Part shown: positions 18,701-27,719 of the stretch, piece after piece | Position numbering within the stretch: position 1 is the first letter of the stretch | How the letters are laid out: each line of letters begins with the position of its first letter | Source of the DNA: an uncultured bacterium | Lineage (GTDB): Bacteria > Chloroflexota > UBA5177 > JANWHV01 | Direction: 5' to 3' | Length of the DNA stretch: 64,000 nucleotides | NCBI GenBank assembly: GCA_963827235.1 | Contig: CAWHAE010000010.1 | Coordinates: 544,001-608,000 of the forward strand | The notes under the pieces: model-generated | Told to the model about the DNA's origin: nothing | The model's database searches: none | The model's input: the letters and a program-made list of their open reading frames with translations, nothing else | Made by a program: the position numbers and the translations under genes

Positions 18701-21700
18701 CTAGCCCGCGGATAGAGGTAGCTTGAGACAGAAGACACTGCCACCGTCGCCGGTAGACTCCAGCACGAGATCGCCGCTCATGGCCCGAGCAAGGGCGCGC
18801 GCCAGGTAGAGGCCCAGTCCCGTTCCCGAGCGACCTTCGCGGGCTGGGGTGCCGGGCACCCGCCCGAAGTAGGTGAACAGCGCCGCGCGCCCTGCTTCCG
18901 GTATGCCTCTGCCATAGTCGCGCACGCTGATCACCGCCTCGTCGCCGGCACGAGCCCAGCACACGTCGACGGCGGAGCCCTCAGCGGAGTACTTGACCGC
19001 GTTGTCAAGCAGATTCACCAGGATCTGAAGCATGCGATCGGGGTCAGCCTTGACATGCAGGCTCCGGGCGCCCGCGGCACGAATTGCCTGGTTGCGGTAG
19101 CTTGAGCGCACCTCATCCGCAGCCCGCTCGACCTGATCCGCGATACATACCACCTGGGCAGCCGGCGCCAGCGCGCCCATCTCGAGCCTGCTCAGCAGCA
19201 GCAGGTCGTTGGCAAGACGCAGCTGGCGATTAGCTGCCACGACGATGCGACGCACCAGGGCAGGCCGCCGCGCCTCGTCAAGCTGATCCCAGCGCGCCTC
19301 GAGCACCTCCGCGTAACCGATAATGGCGGTGAGGGGAGTGCGAAGCTCATGGCTCACATTGGCCACGAAGCTGCTGCGCAACCGTGCCAGGTCTTCCGCG
19401 GCCGCGGCCTGCGCCTGGCTCCGTTCGACAAGCTCGGTCTTCAGGCGATCGGTCTCGGCCAGGCGGCGGTTCAGCTCGGCGAGGCGCTCCGCCGTGGCGC
19501 GATACACCGCCGAGGTGATACGCTCCCGTTCCAGCGCTTCCTCCGTCGCCTCTGCCTGTCTATTGCGAACGACACGGAACGGCACGTCCAGCGGCCGGCC
19601 CCAGCATCCGCCCCAGTTGCACGCTGCCACGTGAAAGACATACGTACCCGGCCGCAGATTGGTGTAGCGCCTCGTGCGCTCGGCGGAGGGTGTCGACCAC
19701 CCGGATTCGAGGCCCTCGAGCCGGGCGCGATACAACAGTTGCCGTGGTGCCGTGAAGTCCACCGCTCCATAGTCGAGCTGGAGTTCGTACTCGCTATCCT
19801 GAAGCTCCATGCCGGACACGACATTCCTGGCCTCGCCCATCACGCGAAAGCCGGTCAGATGCACCTCAGGCGGCGGCACGTCCTGGGGAATCCGGCTTGC
19901 ATCCACGATCGCAACTCCCCTGGCAGTGCCAATCCACAGGCGGCCACGGTTGTCGAGACGGGCCGCGCCCTGGTCACACTCGTCATGGGGCAAGCCCATG
20001 CTACGGTCAATGACCACGCACTGGTTGGTGCACGGCGTGAAACGGGCCACGCCGCGTCCGGTGCCGAGCCACAAGTAGCCCTGCCGGTCAAAACGGCAGG
20101 TGTACGCCATCGTGCTGCGCAGCCCGACTGCCGAGCCGATTGACCGCACAATGACACAGCGCACGGGATCGAATTGCACCACTCCAGCACCACCCGTGCA
20201 AACCCAGATCATTCCCTCCGCGTCGCAGGTGATATCCATGATCGCGTGTGACGGCGCCTGGTCGGTCACTGTGCCTTTGTACAGAATATTCCCGCTGCCG
20301 CCGACGCACACGAGGTGACCCGTGGCGGTGCCGGCCCACACTCGGCCCAACCGATCGGTTCCCACTGCCGGCACGCACACGTCGGGCAGGCCATCGCCGA
20401 TGCCGATTTGAAGTGCCACGGTCCTGGTGCGCAGGTCGACGCAGAACAGGCCGTCTCGCGAGCTGCCTGCCCATAGCCGAACGGCGTCGGAGACGGACAG
20501 TGCCAGGATGTTGACACCGCGCTCGGCGAGAAGATGGGCACGAGGCGCGCCGGTCCGCGCGTCGAGGCAGAAGAGACCGTTCCGGCGGCTGCCGACCCAG
20601 AGCATGCCGTCCGCATCCTTCCTCACGACCAGGACGGGTCTATCGCGAAGTTCCTGCGGTAGCTGCGCAAGCTCGACCACACGCTCGTCCTGGTCGAGAA
20701 CGACCATGCCGTCGTCCGTGCCGAGCCAGGTTCGGCCGTGGCCGTCCTCTTCGACAGTCCATGTGATCGCTTGCCGCGCGGTTTGCAACTCCGGAACGTG
20801 CACGAGGGCCTGCGTACCGGAGAGAACGGCCAGACCGCATCCTGTAGCGGCCCACACGCGCTCGTCCCGGTCGCGGTAGAGGGCCAGGATCGTCGGTGAG
20901 GCCAGACCGTCCTCGGTGCTCAGCCGATCAGCGAGCCGATCGTGAGCGAACACCCAGACCCCGCGCGCCGACCCGACCCAGAGGCGTCCCCCGGCATCCG
21001 TGCACATCGCGGCAATTGGATCGCCACACGAATAGATGGGACGCCATCGCACACCGCCGGAATCCGGCGCCTCCGCGCACAGCAGGTTGCCGTTACGCAT
21101 GCCCACCCACACACGGTCCTCCGCGTCACAGTGGAGGTGTTGCACGGCGCCCGCGGCGGCAGTCTGGTCACCAGTGCCGCACGGAAGGATGCTGTCGCCC
21201 ACGGCGAGCGCCAGCCCGCGCTCGGTGCCAATCCACATGCGCCCGGCAACATCCTGGCGGAGGGCGTTCACCCGTGCAGCGGGAAGGCCGTCTCGCTCTG
21301 TCAGGCAACGCGTGACTGTGCCTCGCTCGATGAGGGCTATGCCACCCTGCGTGCCCACCCAAAGGCGGCCCTCCCGGTCAACGCACTGGGTATACACGCA
21401 TTCGCCCGGCAATCCATGCACCTGCGTCAATACGCGGCACAGCCGTGGCCCGGTGATGCCCAGCTTGATCTCGGCCAGGCCGGCGCCGTGGGTCCCGATC
21501 CAGAGCGTGGATGGATCGCTGAGGCAGAGACAGTTGATCACACTAGAGTCGAGTGAGCAGAGCGCGGGCGGTGTATCGCAGAACTGGCCGTCGAACAGTC
21601 GCACTCCGTTCTGGGTACCGATCCAGAGGTAGCCGCGTCCATCCTGAATCAACGCTGTCGCCGGAAGGGCAGGGAGCTGATGCGGATCGTGGGATTCCAC

Positions 21701-21784
21701 GAACTCCAAGGGGTCGACGAAGAGGCTCACGCGGCCGACCTGAACGGATCTCAGGACGGTCGGGGGGACGATGGTATACGTCAA
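18701..21784 (-). CDS. Sensor histidine kinase: beta-propeller repeats + Y_Y_Y + HisKA + HATPase; no signal peptide or TM helix seen
   Basis: Repeated 'D..G.LWIGT..G' blades, 'YRARLEG...RYTNLRPGTY', H box SHELRTPL, N box NLLDNAVKYS, G boxes DYGRGI and GTGLGL. Confidence 0.9.
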   Translation of the reverse strand: MTYTIVPPTVLRSVQVGRVSLFVDPLEFVESHDPHQLPALPATALIQDGRGYLWIGTQNGVRLFDGQFCDTPPALCSLDSSVINCLCLSDPSTLWIGTHGAGLAEIKLGITGPRLCRVLTQVHGLPGECVYTQCVDREGRLWVGTQGGIALIERGTVTRCLTERDGLPAARVNALRQDVAGRMWIGTERGLALAVGDSILPCGTGDQTAAAGAVQHLHCDAEDRVWVGMRNGNLLCAEAPDSGGVRWRPIYSCGDPIAAMCTDAGGRLWVGSARGVWVFAHDRLADRLSTEDGLASPTILALYRDRDERVWAATGCGLAVLSGTQALVHVPELQTARQAITWTVEEDGHGRTWLGTDDGMVVLDQDERVVELAQLPQELRDRPVLVVRKDADGMLWVGSRRNGLFCLDARTGAPRAHLLAERGVNILALSVSDAVRLWAGSSRDGLFCVDLRTRTVALQIGIGDGLPDVCVPAVGTDRLGRVWAGTATGHLVCVGGSGNILYKGTVTDQAPSHAIMDITCDAEGMIWVCTGGAGVVQFDPVRCVIVRSIGSAVGLRSTMAYTCRFDRQGYLWLGTGRGVARFTPCTNQCVVIDRSMGLPHDECDQGAARLDNRGRLWIGTARGVAIVDASRIPQDVPPPEVHLTGFRVMGEARNVVSGMELQDSEYELQLDYGAVDFTAPRQLLYRARLEGLESGWSTPSAERTRRYTNLRPGTYVFHVAACNWGGCWGRPLDVPFRVVRNRQAEATEEALERERITSAVYRATAERLAELNRRLAETDRLKTELVERSQAQAAAAEDLARLRSSFVANVSHELRTPLTAIIGYAEVLEARWDQLDEARRPALVRRIVVAANRQLRLANDLLLLSRLEMGALAPAAQVVCIADQVERAADEVRSSYRNQAIRAAGARSLHVKADPDRMLQILVNLLDNAVKYSAEGSAVDVCWARAGDEAVISVRDYGRGIPEAGRAALFTYFGRVPGTPAREGRSGTGLGLYLARALARAMSGDLVLESTGDGGSVFCLKLPLSAG

Positions 21785-22085
21785 GGCAGCCTATCCTGTA
21801 CCTACACGCGCGGGAGCCCCCCTAAATATAGTCGTTGTTCGGTGCCCTCACCATCCCCTGCTCGGGATGTGCATCCCGATCTGATGGATGTACAGGAGAT
21901 AACGCGAGTCTGCAGGCAATGGTGTGGAAAAGGCGTATTCGGTGGCCATCAGCGCGGCGGAGCAGAAGGCTGATCTCGCTACCGCCAAACATGGTAGTGC
22001 GATCACGGCCGGCAGTACCCATGGGTCAACGCCGGTCCTATGTTGACATTGACGGAGCGGCTCGGCTGCCTCACCTGACCACCGC

Positions 22086-22757
22086 CTAGCGAGGGTCGCC
22101 GGCGGAGAGTCCAGCCAACATGGCTTTCAGACCGAGCTCATACTGTTCGTCCGGGCGGTATCCCGCGTTGAAGGCGGCGGCAAGCAGGGGAAACGCGGTG
22201 TCGGATTCGCCTTCACCGAGCGACGTGGCCGTGGTCTCGCCGCCGACCGGCCGGCCGACTTCCGCCAGCACGTGGCCGATCGTGTACACGCTGAGGCACG
22301 TAATCGTATCCAGCGCTCGCGACGCCGTGAAGCCCGCCTTCACCAAGAGCTCGAGAGCGCGCTCGACCAGGCCGTAGGTGGTGCCGTGCGCAGGCGGCCT
22401 GGTAGCGAGGATGGGCAAGGCATTGGGATGGCGCCGAAGCGCCTGGCGCAGAGCGCGCATGGAGCCGGCCGCGAGCTGTGGCCAGGCCTTGCTCGAATCG
22501 AGCTCCGGGGCCTCCACCTCCCCATAGATGGTCTCTACGATGGCGTCAAACAGGGCAGCTTTGCCGGGAATGTAGTAGTAGATGGCCATCGAATCGACGC
22601 CGAGCGCGGCGCCAAGGCCGCGCATCGACAGTGCTTCCACTCCCTGGTCGTCCACGAGACGCATGGCGGTCCGCACGATCTCCTCGCGGCTCAGCGGAGG
22701 CCGTGGCGTGCGCCGTCGGGTCGCGCTCGCTGCGTGCCGCCTGGGCTGTGCGGTCAT
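22086..22757 (-). CDS. TetR/AcrR-family regulator with TetR_C-type C-terminal domain
   Basis: LSREEIVRTA...LSMRGLGAALGV..MAIYYY..K HTH; ATGA overlap with the permease. Confidence 0.9.
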   Translation of the reverse strand: MTAQPRRHAASATRRRTPRPPLSREEIVRTAMRLVDDQGVEALSMRGLGAALGVDSMAIYYYIPGKAALFDAIVETIYGEVEAPELDSSKAWPQLAAGSMRALRQALRRHPNALPILATRPPAHGTTYGLVERALELLVKAGFTASRALDTITCLSVYTIGHVLAEVGRPVGGETTATSLGEGESDTAFPLLAAAFNAGYRPDEQYELGLKAMLAGLSAGDPR

Positions 22758-23527
22758 GTGGTTCCAGCTTTCGGATCGGCCGGCTTGAAGCGAAACGCGG
22801 CCACGGCGGCGAAGAGCGCCGAAAAGACCAGCAGCATGGCCGTCGGGCCTGCCACCTGCGCAAGCCCGGCATGTTTCAAGGATATATCGCTCAGGCCGCG
22901 CATGGCCCAGTAGGTGGGCGTGCCGTGTGCGAGATACTGAGCCCAAGCCGGCAGTGTCGTCGCCGGGGCAAACGCGCCGCCCAGCCCGGACATGACGATG
23001 CCACCCAGGTTTCCTACCACCAGAGCCTGATCCATGGTGGCGAAGAGAGCCACAAGCATCACGCCGAATGAGACCAGCGTGGCAACCAGAGCAGCCGTCA
23101 GCAAGGCCAGCGCGGCGGGCGAGCCGTTGGGCTGATAGCCGTAGAACAGGCGCCCGGCCGCGAACACGGCAGCCATCTGGCCCATTAGGCAGACGTACAG
23201 GGGAGCGACCTTACCGATCACCAGCTCGAATGTGCTGGCGGAGCTTGCCCTCAATCGGTCCCATGTACCCCACGCGTGCTCGCGGTAGAAGAGGGTACCG
23301 ACCAGTGTAGTGCTCATGAAGGCAAACATCACGGCCAGGCCCGGCACGAGCTGTTCCGCGCCGGATGCCTGAGCAAATCCAGCGGCGCGGAGCTGCGCGC
23401 GCGCAGATGGCATGAGAAAGGCGATCATCACTATGGGCATCAAAACAGTGACCAGCATTGGCGCTGGATCGGAGGCCAGCAAGCGCATGCCGCACCAGGC
23501 GACCGCGAGGCTACGCCGCGACGGCAT
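22754..23527 (-). CDS. ABC-2 type exporter permease
   Basis: About six hydrophobic segments, 'EH.WGTWDRL', LGGAF.P...LP.W; follows the ABC ATPase. Confidence 0.85.
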   Translation of the reverse strand: MPSRRSLAVAWCGMRLLASDPAPMLVTVLMPIVMIAFLMPSARAQLRAAGFAQASGAEQLVPGLAVMFAFMSTTLVGTLFYREHAWGTWDRLRASSASTFELVIGKVAPLYVCLMGQMAAVFAAGRLFYGYQPNGSPAALALLTAALVATLVSFGVMLVALFATMDQALVVGNLGGIVMSGLGGAFAPATTLPAWAQYLAHGTPTYWAMRGLSDISLKHAGLAQVAGPTAMLLVFSALFAAVAAFRFKPADPKAGTT

Positions 23528-24434
23528 TGGAGTCTTCTCCATCGCCGCGGCCGGTAAGGGCCAGATAGGCACGCTCCAGGCTCGGACGGCTGATATCTAC
23601 GTTTGTGAGCCGTGCGGCGCCGGTTCCCAGCCCGGCCAGCGCCCGAGCTATTGCCTCGGCCGGATCCGGCACCGCGGTTTCCAGCACCAGTGACGAGCCC
23701 CGTGCTTCCCAGCCGGCGAGCGCAGGCGGCACGCCGTCGAAATGCAGGGTGACCGACGTGGAAGCAAATCGGGCAACCAGCTCGTCCAGAGGGCCCGCGG
23801 CGACGATTCGACCCGCGTGAAGCACGGCGACGTCTGCTCGAAGCTGATCGAGCTCTGTCAGGTAGTGCGTCGTGTAGACGATCGCGGCACCGTCACGCGC
23901 CAGACAGCGCACCACGTCGAGAATGCCGGCCCGAGATTGTACATCCGCGCCGACTGTCGGCTCGTCCAGGAATAGCACTGCCGGCCGGTGGAGCACTGCC
24001 AGGGCCGTATGCAGGCGCCGTTTCTGGCCGCCGGAGAGCTCACCGGCCTTTCGCGACAGCATGCCGGTCAGTTCGAGCTCCTGAGCGACCTCGGACACAC
24101 GGGTACGTGCCGCCGCGCCGGCCAGGCCGGCCAGCCTGGCGAAGAACCGCAGGTTCTCGGCGGTTGTCAAGGTCGGGTAGATGCCGAGCTCCTGCGGTGC
24201 CAGGCCGATGTGCTGCTGCGCCTGCCGGGTCCGGTGACTGATGTCGAGGCCGCAGACCCTCACCGAGCCGCTCGTGGCGGGCCGCAGCCCGGCCGCAATA
24301 GAGATGAGCGTCGTCTTGCCGGCACCGTTGGAGCCCACCAAGCCAAGGATCTGCCCCGGCCGCACCGTGAGGTCCACGCCGCGCAGCACGGTGTGCTCGG
24401 CGTACGCCTTGTGCAGGCCAATCACTTCAAGCAT
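23511..24434 (-). CDS. ABC exporter ATPase (DrrA-like)
   Basis: GSNGAGKT, LSGGQ, LFLDEPT, YTTHY, C-terminal SLE.AYL.LTG. Confidence 0.9.
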   Translation of the reverse strand: MLEVIGLHKAYAEHTVLRGVDLTVRPGQILGLVGSNGAGKTTLISIAAGLRPATSGSVRVCGLDISHRTRQAQQHIGLAPQELGIYPTLTTAENLRFFARLAGLAGAAARTRVSEVAQELELTGMLSRKAGELSGGQKRRLHTALAVLHRPAVLFLDEPTVGADVQSRAGILDVVRCLARDGAAIVYTTHYLTELDQLRADVAVLHAGRIVAAGPLDELVARFASTSVTLHFDGVPPALAGWEARGSSLVLETAVPDPAEAIARALAGLGTGAARLTNVDISRPSLERAYLALTGRGDGEDSNAVAA

Positions 24435-24448
24435 CGCGCATCCTCTGT

Positions 24449-24505
24449 TCTTCGGTGTAGAATAGTTCTACGATGAAGAATAGATCTACGATGTAGACTT
24501 GTCAA
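24449..24505 (-). promoter_or_regulatory. Sigma70 promoter with three TCTAC-N3-GTAGA operator boxes at 18-bp period (probable TetR sites)
   Basis: Minus strand TTGACA-N17-TATTCT (24505-24477); boxes TCTTCGGTGTAGA at 24449, TCTACGATGAAGA at 24467, TCTACGATGTAGA at 24485. Confidence 0.8.
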
Positions 24506-24562
24506 CGGGCCGTGCCATTACAGCCAGTCAGCTATTTGGCTATTCTTGACCGTCCAGATCCC

Positions 24563-24589
24563 TCAAGATTGTCCAGGTTGTGCCGATTG
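24563..24589 (+). promoter_or_regulatory. Sigma28 (FliA/WhiG)-like promoter of the chemoreceptor gene
   Basis: TCAA-N15-GCCGATTG compared with the consensus TAAA-N15-GCCGATAA. Confidence 0.6.
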
Positions 24590-24600
24590 TCAACCGTAGA

Positions 24601-24699
24601 CGCACGCGACCATCGCGTGCGCGGCCCGTGCAGGCATCAGCGCGGGCGGCGGTCGGCACGGGCTCGGCCCCGTTCAGCGTGGAACGGGGCCGAGCCCGT
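24601..24699 (+). other. Two perfect hairpins in the MCP leader (9-bp stem at 24601-24621; 18-bp stem with 6-nt loop at 24658-24699)
   Basis: CGCACGCGA-cca-TCGCGTGCG and ACGGGCTCGGCCCCGTTC-agcgtg-GAACGGGGCCGAGCCCGT. Confidence 0.85.
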
Positions 24700-24751
24700 A
24701 GTCGCAGTCTCGCCGCAGCATGCCACCTTACGGAAAGGCAGAAATGCGACC

Positions 24752-26821
24752 ATGGCCTGGTACCGGAATCTCCGCCTGACTCCCAAACTGATCTGCAGCT
24801 GTGCCTTGATCGCCGTACTTGCCGTCGCCACTGGCGCAATAGGGCTAGCCGGGCTGCACTCGGTGAGCAACCAAGTGACCATGATGACCAAGACCAACAC
24901 ACCGGCGTTTGTCAACGTGACCACTGCCGAGGGCGACCTCAATGCGGCTATCCGCAACACACAGTCGGCGCTTCTTTCCCCCGATCGCGCCAGGGCAGCG
25001 CAATTCGTCGTTAGCGCGCGAGCAGCCCGCGACGACGTACTGGCCCAGACCCAGCAGTTTCAAGCGCTCCCCGACATCAACCCGCAGGGAATCGCCGCCG
25101 GCAAACAATGGCTCGTACTCGACCAGGCGTGGATGCCGCTCAACGCGCAAATCGAGCAGGATGCCCGGCTGCACACACCTTCGTCGATTCAAGCGGGACT
25201 GAACCTGAGCGTGGGCGCAGAGGCGAAGGCCGCTGCGGCGCTGACCCAGATCTTGACGGTATTGCGGGGAGCCGGCGACACGGCCGTCGCGGACTCATCC
25301 TCGCAGTCCAACGCAGCTCTCAATTCGGCAACGGTCGAGCTGGTCGCGATGATGGTGGCGGCAATTGTGATGGCCGTCGGCCTGGGCTGGTTCATCGCCC
25401 GCTCCCTTGCGCGGCCTCTGGGAGAACTGAAAGACACAGCCAGCGGGATCATGCAGGACGCCATGACTATTCTTCTCGGCGGCATAACCGCACTCTCCCG
25501 GAACGATCTGACGCATGCCTATCGCGTCGGCACGCTCAAGGAGCCTAGGCTCACCTATGTGGGGAAGGACGAGCTTGGGCAGGCCACCCAGGCCGTGCAG
25601 GTGGTCGTGGGACAAATCGCCAAAGCCCTCCGCGGCTATGAACAAGCTCGTGTCACGCTCGGTCAAATGGTGCATCACGTCCGGGATGCCTCGCAGCAGG
25701 TGAACAGCGCCTCACAGCAGTTAGCGCAGGCCAGCCAGCAGGTTGGAGAGGCCAGCCAGCAGATCTCGCGCTCGATCGAAGATGTCGCACGCGGCACGAG
25801 CGAGCAGAGCAAGGACAGCGCGTCGGCGATCATGCAGATGGCGAGCCTGAGCACTGCCGTGCAGCAGGTGGCCGGCGGCGCGACGACGCAGAGCGAAGCC
25901 GTGGGCCAGGCCAATGCAGCAGTCAGGCAGCTGCGGGATGCCCTGGAGGATACGTCCCGGAGTGTGCAGGCCGTGACGAGCGCGGCTGGGCGGGCAGCGG
26001 GCACGGCCAAGAGCGGCGGCAGGGCGGTGGCGCAGACCATCAGCAGCATCGACAGCGTGCGCGCAGCCGTGCAGCATAGCGCCGATCAGGTGACGGCGCT
26101 GGGCAAGCAGAGCCAGGAGATCGGGCAGATCGTGGAGGCGATCGACGACATCGCGGCCCAAACCAACCTGCTGGCCCTGAACGCGGCGATCGAGGCAGCG
26201 CGGGCGGGAGAGCATGGGAAAGGCTTCACCGTGGTGGCGGCCGAGGTGCGCAAGCTGGCGGAGCGGAGCAGCAACGAGACCAAGGAGATCACGCAGCGCA
26301 TCGCCGCTATCCAGCAGCAGGTGGCCGAAGTAGTGCGGGCCATGGCCGCGGGCAGCAACGAGGTAGAGAAAAGCGCGATGCTGGGCCAGCAGGCAAGCGA
26401 GGCGCTGACTGGGATACTGGGTGTTGTCGAGGAGACCAACGCCCAGGCATCGAGCATCACGGGCGCCGTCGGGCGGATGACGACCAGCCTGGCCGCGCTG
26501 AGCACGGCGGCCGAGCGGGTGGCGACGATAGCGACCGAAACGGCGCATGCGGCCGGTGAGATGCAACACGGTGCGACAGAGGTCCAGACCGCCATGGAGA
26601 GCATTGCTGCCGTGAGCGAGCAGGCGGCAGCCGGCGCCGAGGAAGTGAGTGCCTCGACGGAGGAGCAGACGGCCAGCGTGGAGGAGATGAACGCCGGCGC
26701 TCAGGAGTTGGCGGCGCTCGCTACCGGTCTGCAGGAACTGGTGGCGCAGTTTACGGTGGAGATGACAACCTCGGTTCAAGCAGGTACAGCGAACCAGGTC
26801 CGACCCATGCGCGTGGCCTGA
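24752..26821 (+). CDS. Methyl-accepting chemotaxis protein (2 TM, helical sensor, HAMP, long signalling domain)
   Basis: [29 protein letters not shown]; TM1 '[20 protein letters not shown]', TM2 '[19 protein letters not shown]'; ATG at 24752 after GAAAGG. Confidence 0.95.
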   Translation: MAWYRNLRLTPKLICSCALIAVLAVATGAIGLAGLHSVSNQVTMMTKTNTPAFVNVTTAEGDLNAAIRNTQSALLSPDRARAAQFVVSARAARDDVLAQTQQFQALPDINPQGIAAGKQWLVLDQAWMPLNAQIEQDARLHTPSSIQAGLNLSVGAEAKAAAALTQILTVLRGAGDTAVADSSSQSNAALNSATVELVAMMVAAIVMAVGLGWFIARSLARPLGELKDTASGIMQDAMTILLGGITALSRNDLTHAYRVGTLKEPRLTYVGKDELGQATQAVQVVVGQIAKALRGYEQARVTLGQMVHHVRDASQQVNSASQQLAQASQQVGEASQQISRSIEDVARGTSEQSKDSASAIMQMASLSTAVQQVAGGATTQSEAVGQANAAVRQLRDALEDTSRSVQAVTSAAGRAAGTAKSGGRAVAQTISSIDSVRAAVQHSADQVTALGKQSQEIGQIVEAIDDIAAQTNLLALNAAIEAARAGEHGKGFTVVAAEVRKLAERSSNETKEITQRIAAIQQQVAEVVRAMAAGSNEVEKSAMLGQQASEALTGILGVVEETNAQASSITGAVGRMTTSLAALSTAAERVATIATETAHAAGEMQHGATEVQTAMESIAAVSEQAAAGAEEVSASTEEQTASVEEMNAGAQELAALATGLQELVAQFTVEMTTSVQAGTANQVRPMRVA

Positions 26822-26869
26822 CGAAGAGGACGGCGAGGGAATGCCGGTTCCCTCGGCCTCTCTGTCCGT

Positions 26870-27476
26870 CGAGTTCGAGACGGGAGGATCGTCAACCCCG
26901 TCGACGCCGGCGAGCCGATGCCGCCCTGGACGGACAGCGCCGACACCGGCAACTACGCGCGGGAGGCAGCTGGAACGTTGCCGGCATCTGTTGCAGCCTG
27001 ACAGCAATTGAGACTGGTGTTCGCCATGGTTCGCTCACACCGGAACCGGAGTCCGGCTCTATTCCGGCGGAGCTATCAGTGACGCTCACTCCTACGCCTA
27101 TCTCAGAGTGTTCGACATGATCGGGAGCAACCCGGTGGTCGGCCCATACACGGCCCACTCGTACTGGATCTATCCGCAAAGCTGTGGCTCCAGCTACGGA
27201 CGCGCAACCGCGGACAATAGCACCTTCGTAGTCATCGGCCCCATCTTCGGCGACTGCACTAACCTGCGCGACTCATGCGCAGTGGATCAACGCTGCAACA
27301 GGATGCAACCGGTCTCCCAGCGCGGACACCTGGCTCCGGACACGTGGAACTACGTGACGTCCGACATCGGTGCCGTCGCCGCGGGCAAGACGATCGTGCG
27401 ACTGGAGGTGGGCTTCGATCGTGCGACCGCTGCCGGCGGATACCGCGGCTGTATCGACGATATCGCGACTCGGTAG
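26870..27476 (+). pseudogene. Frameshifted remnant of a carbohydrate-binding-like beta-sandwich domain of secreted glycosidases (GH92-associated type)
   Basis: Pieces in shifting frames 'PWTDSADTG', 'NVAGICCSLT', 'YSG...SYAYLRVFD', then 'SYWIYPQ...NLRDS.AVDQ...WNYVTSDIGAVAAGKTI...GGYRG.IDDI'; no RBS or signal peptide. Confidence 0.55.
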
Positions 27477-27719
27477 GTCGTGGAACGGCCGCTCGTTGGT
27501 CAAGACCCTGGCATGCAAACCTCGGACCAGTGTCTCCGCGATCCCCGAGAGCTACCAGACCAGTCTGCAGATGGACGACGGTCCCCGTAGCGGGCTGCAT
27601 AGCCGCGTAAAACGCGGTTCAGGCTAGGAGCAGTTGAGGGCCAATCGGACTGCCCGTTGCCAAGATGATGACGGCATACTATTATATAGGAGTATGCTAT
27701 GAAATAGGAGTTCACTGTC

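Noticed and set aside
21884-21973. Short Cys-containing peptide ORF (MDVQEITRVCRQWCGKG...) divergent from the first kinase, considered as a signalling or RiPP precursor
   Set aside because: No RBS, no modifying enzymes nearby, and no counterpart upstream of the second kinase.
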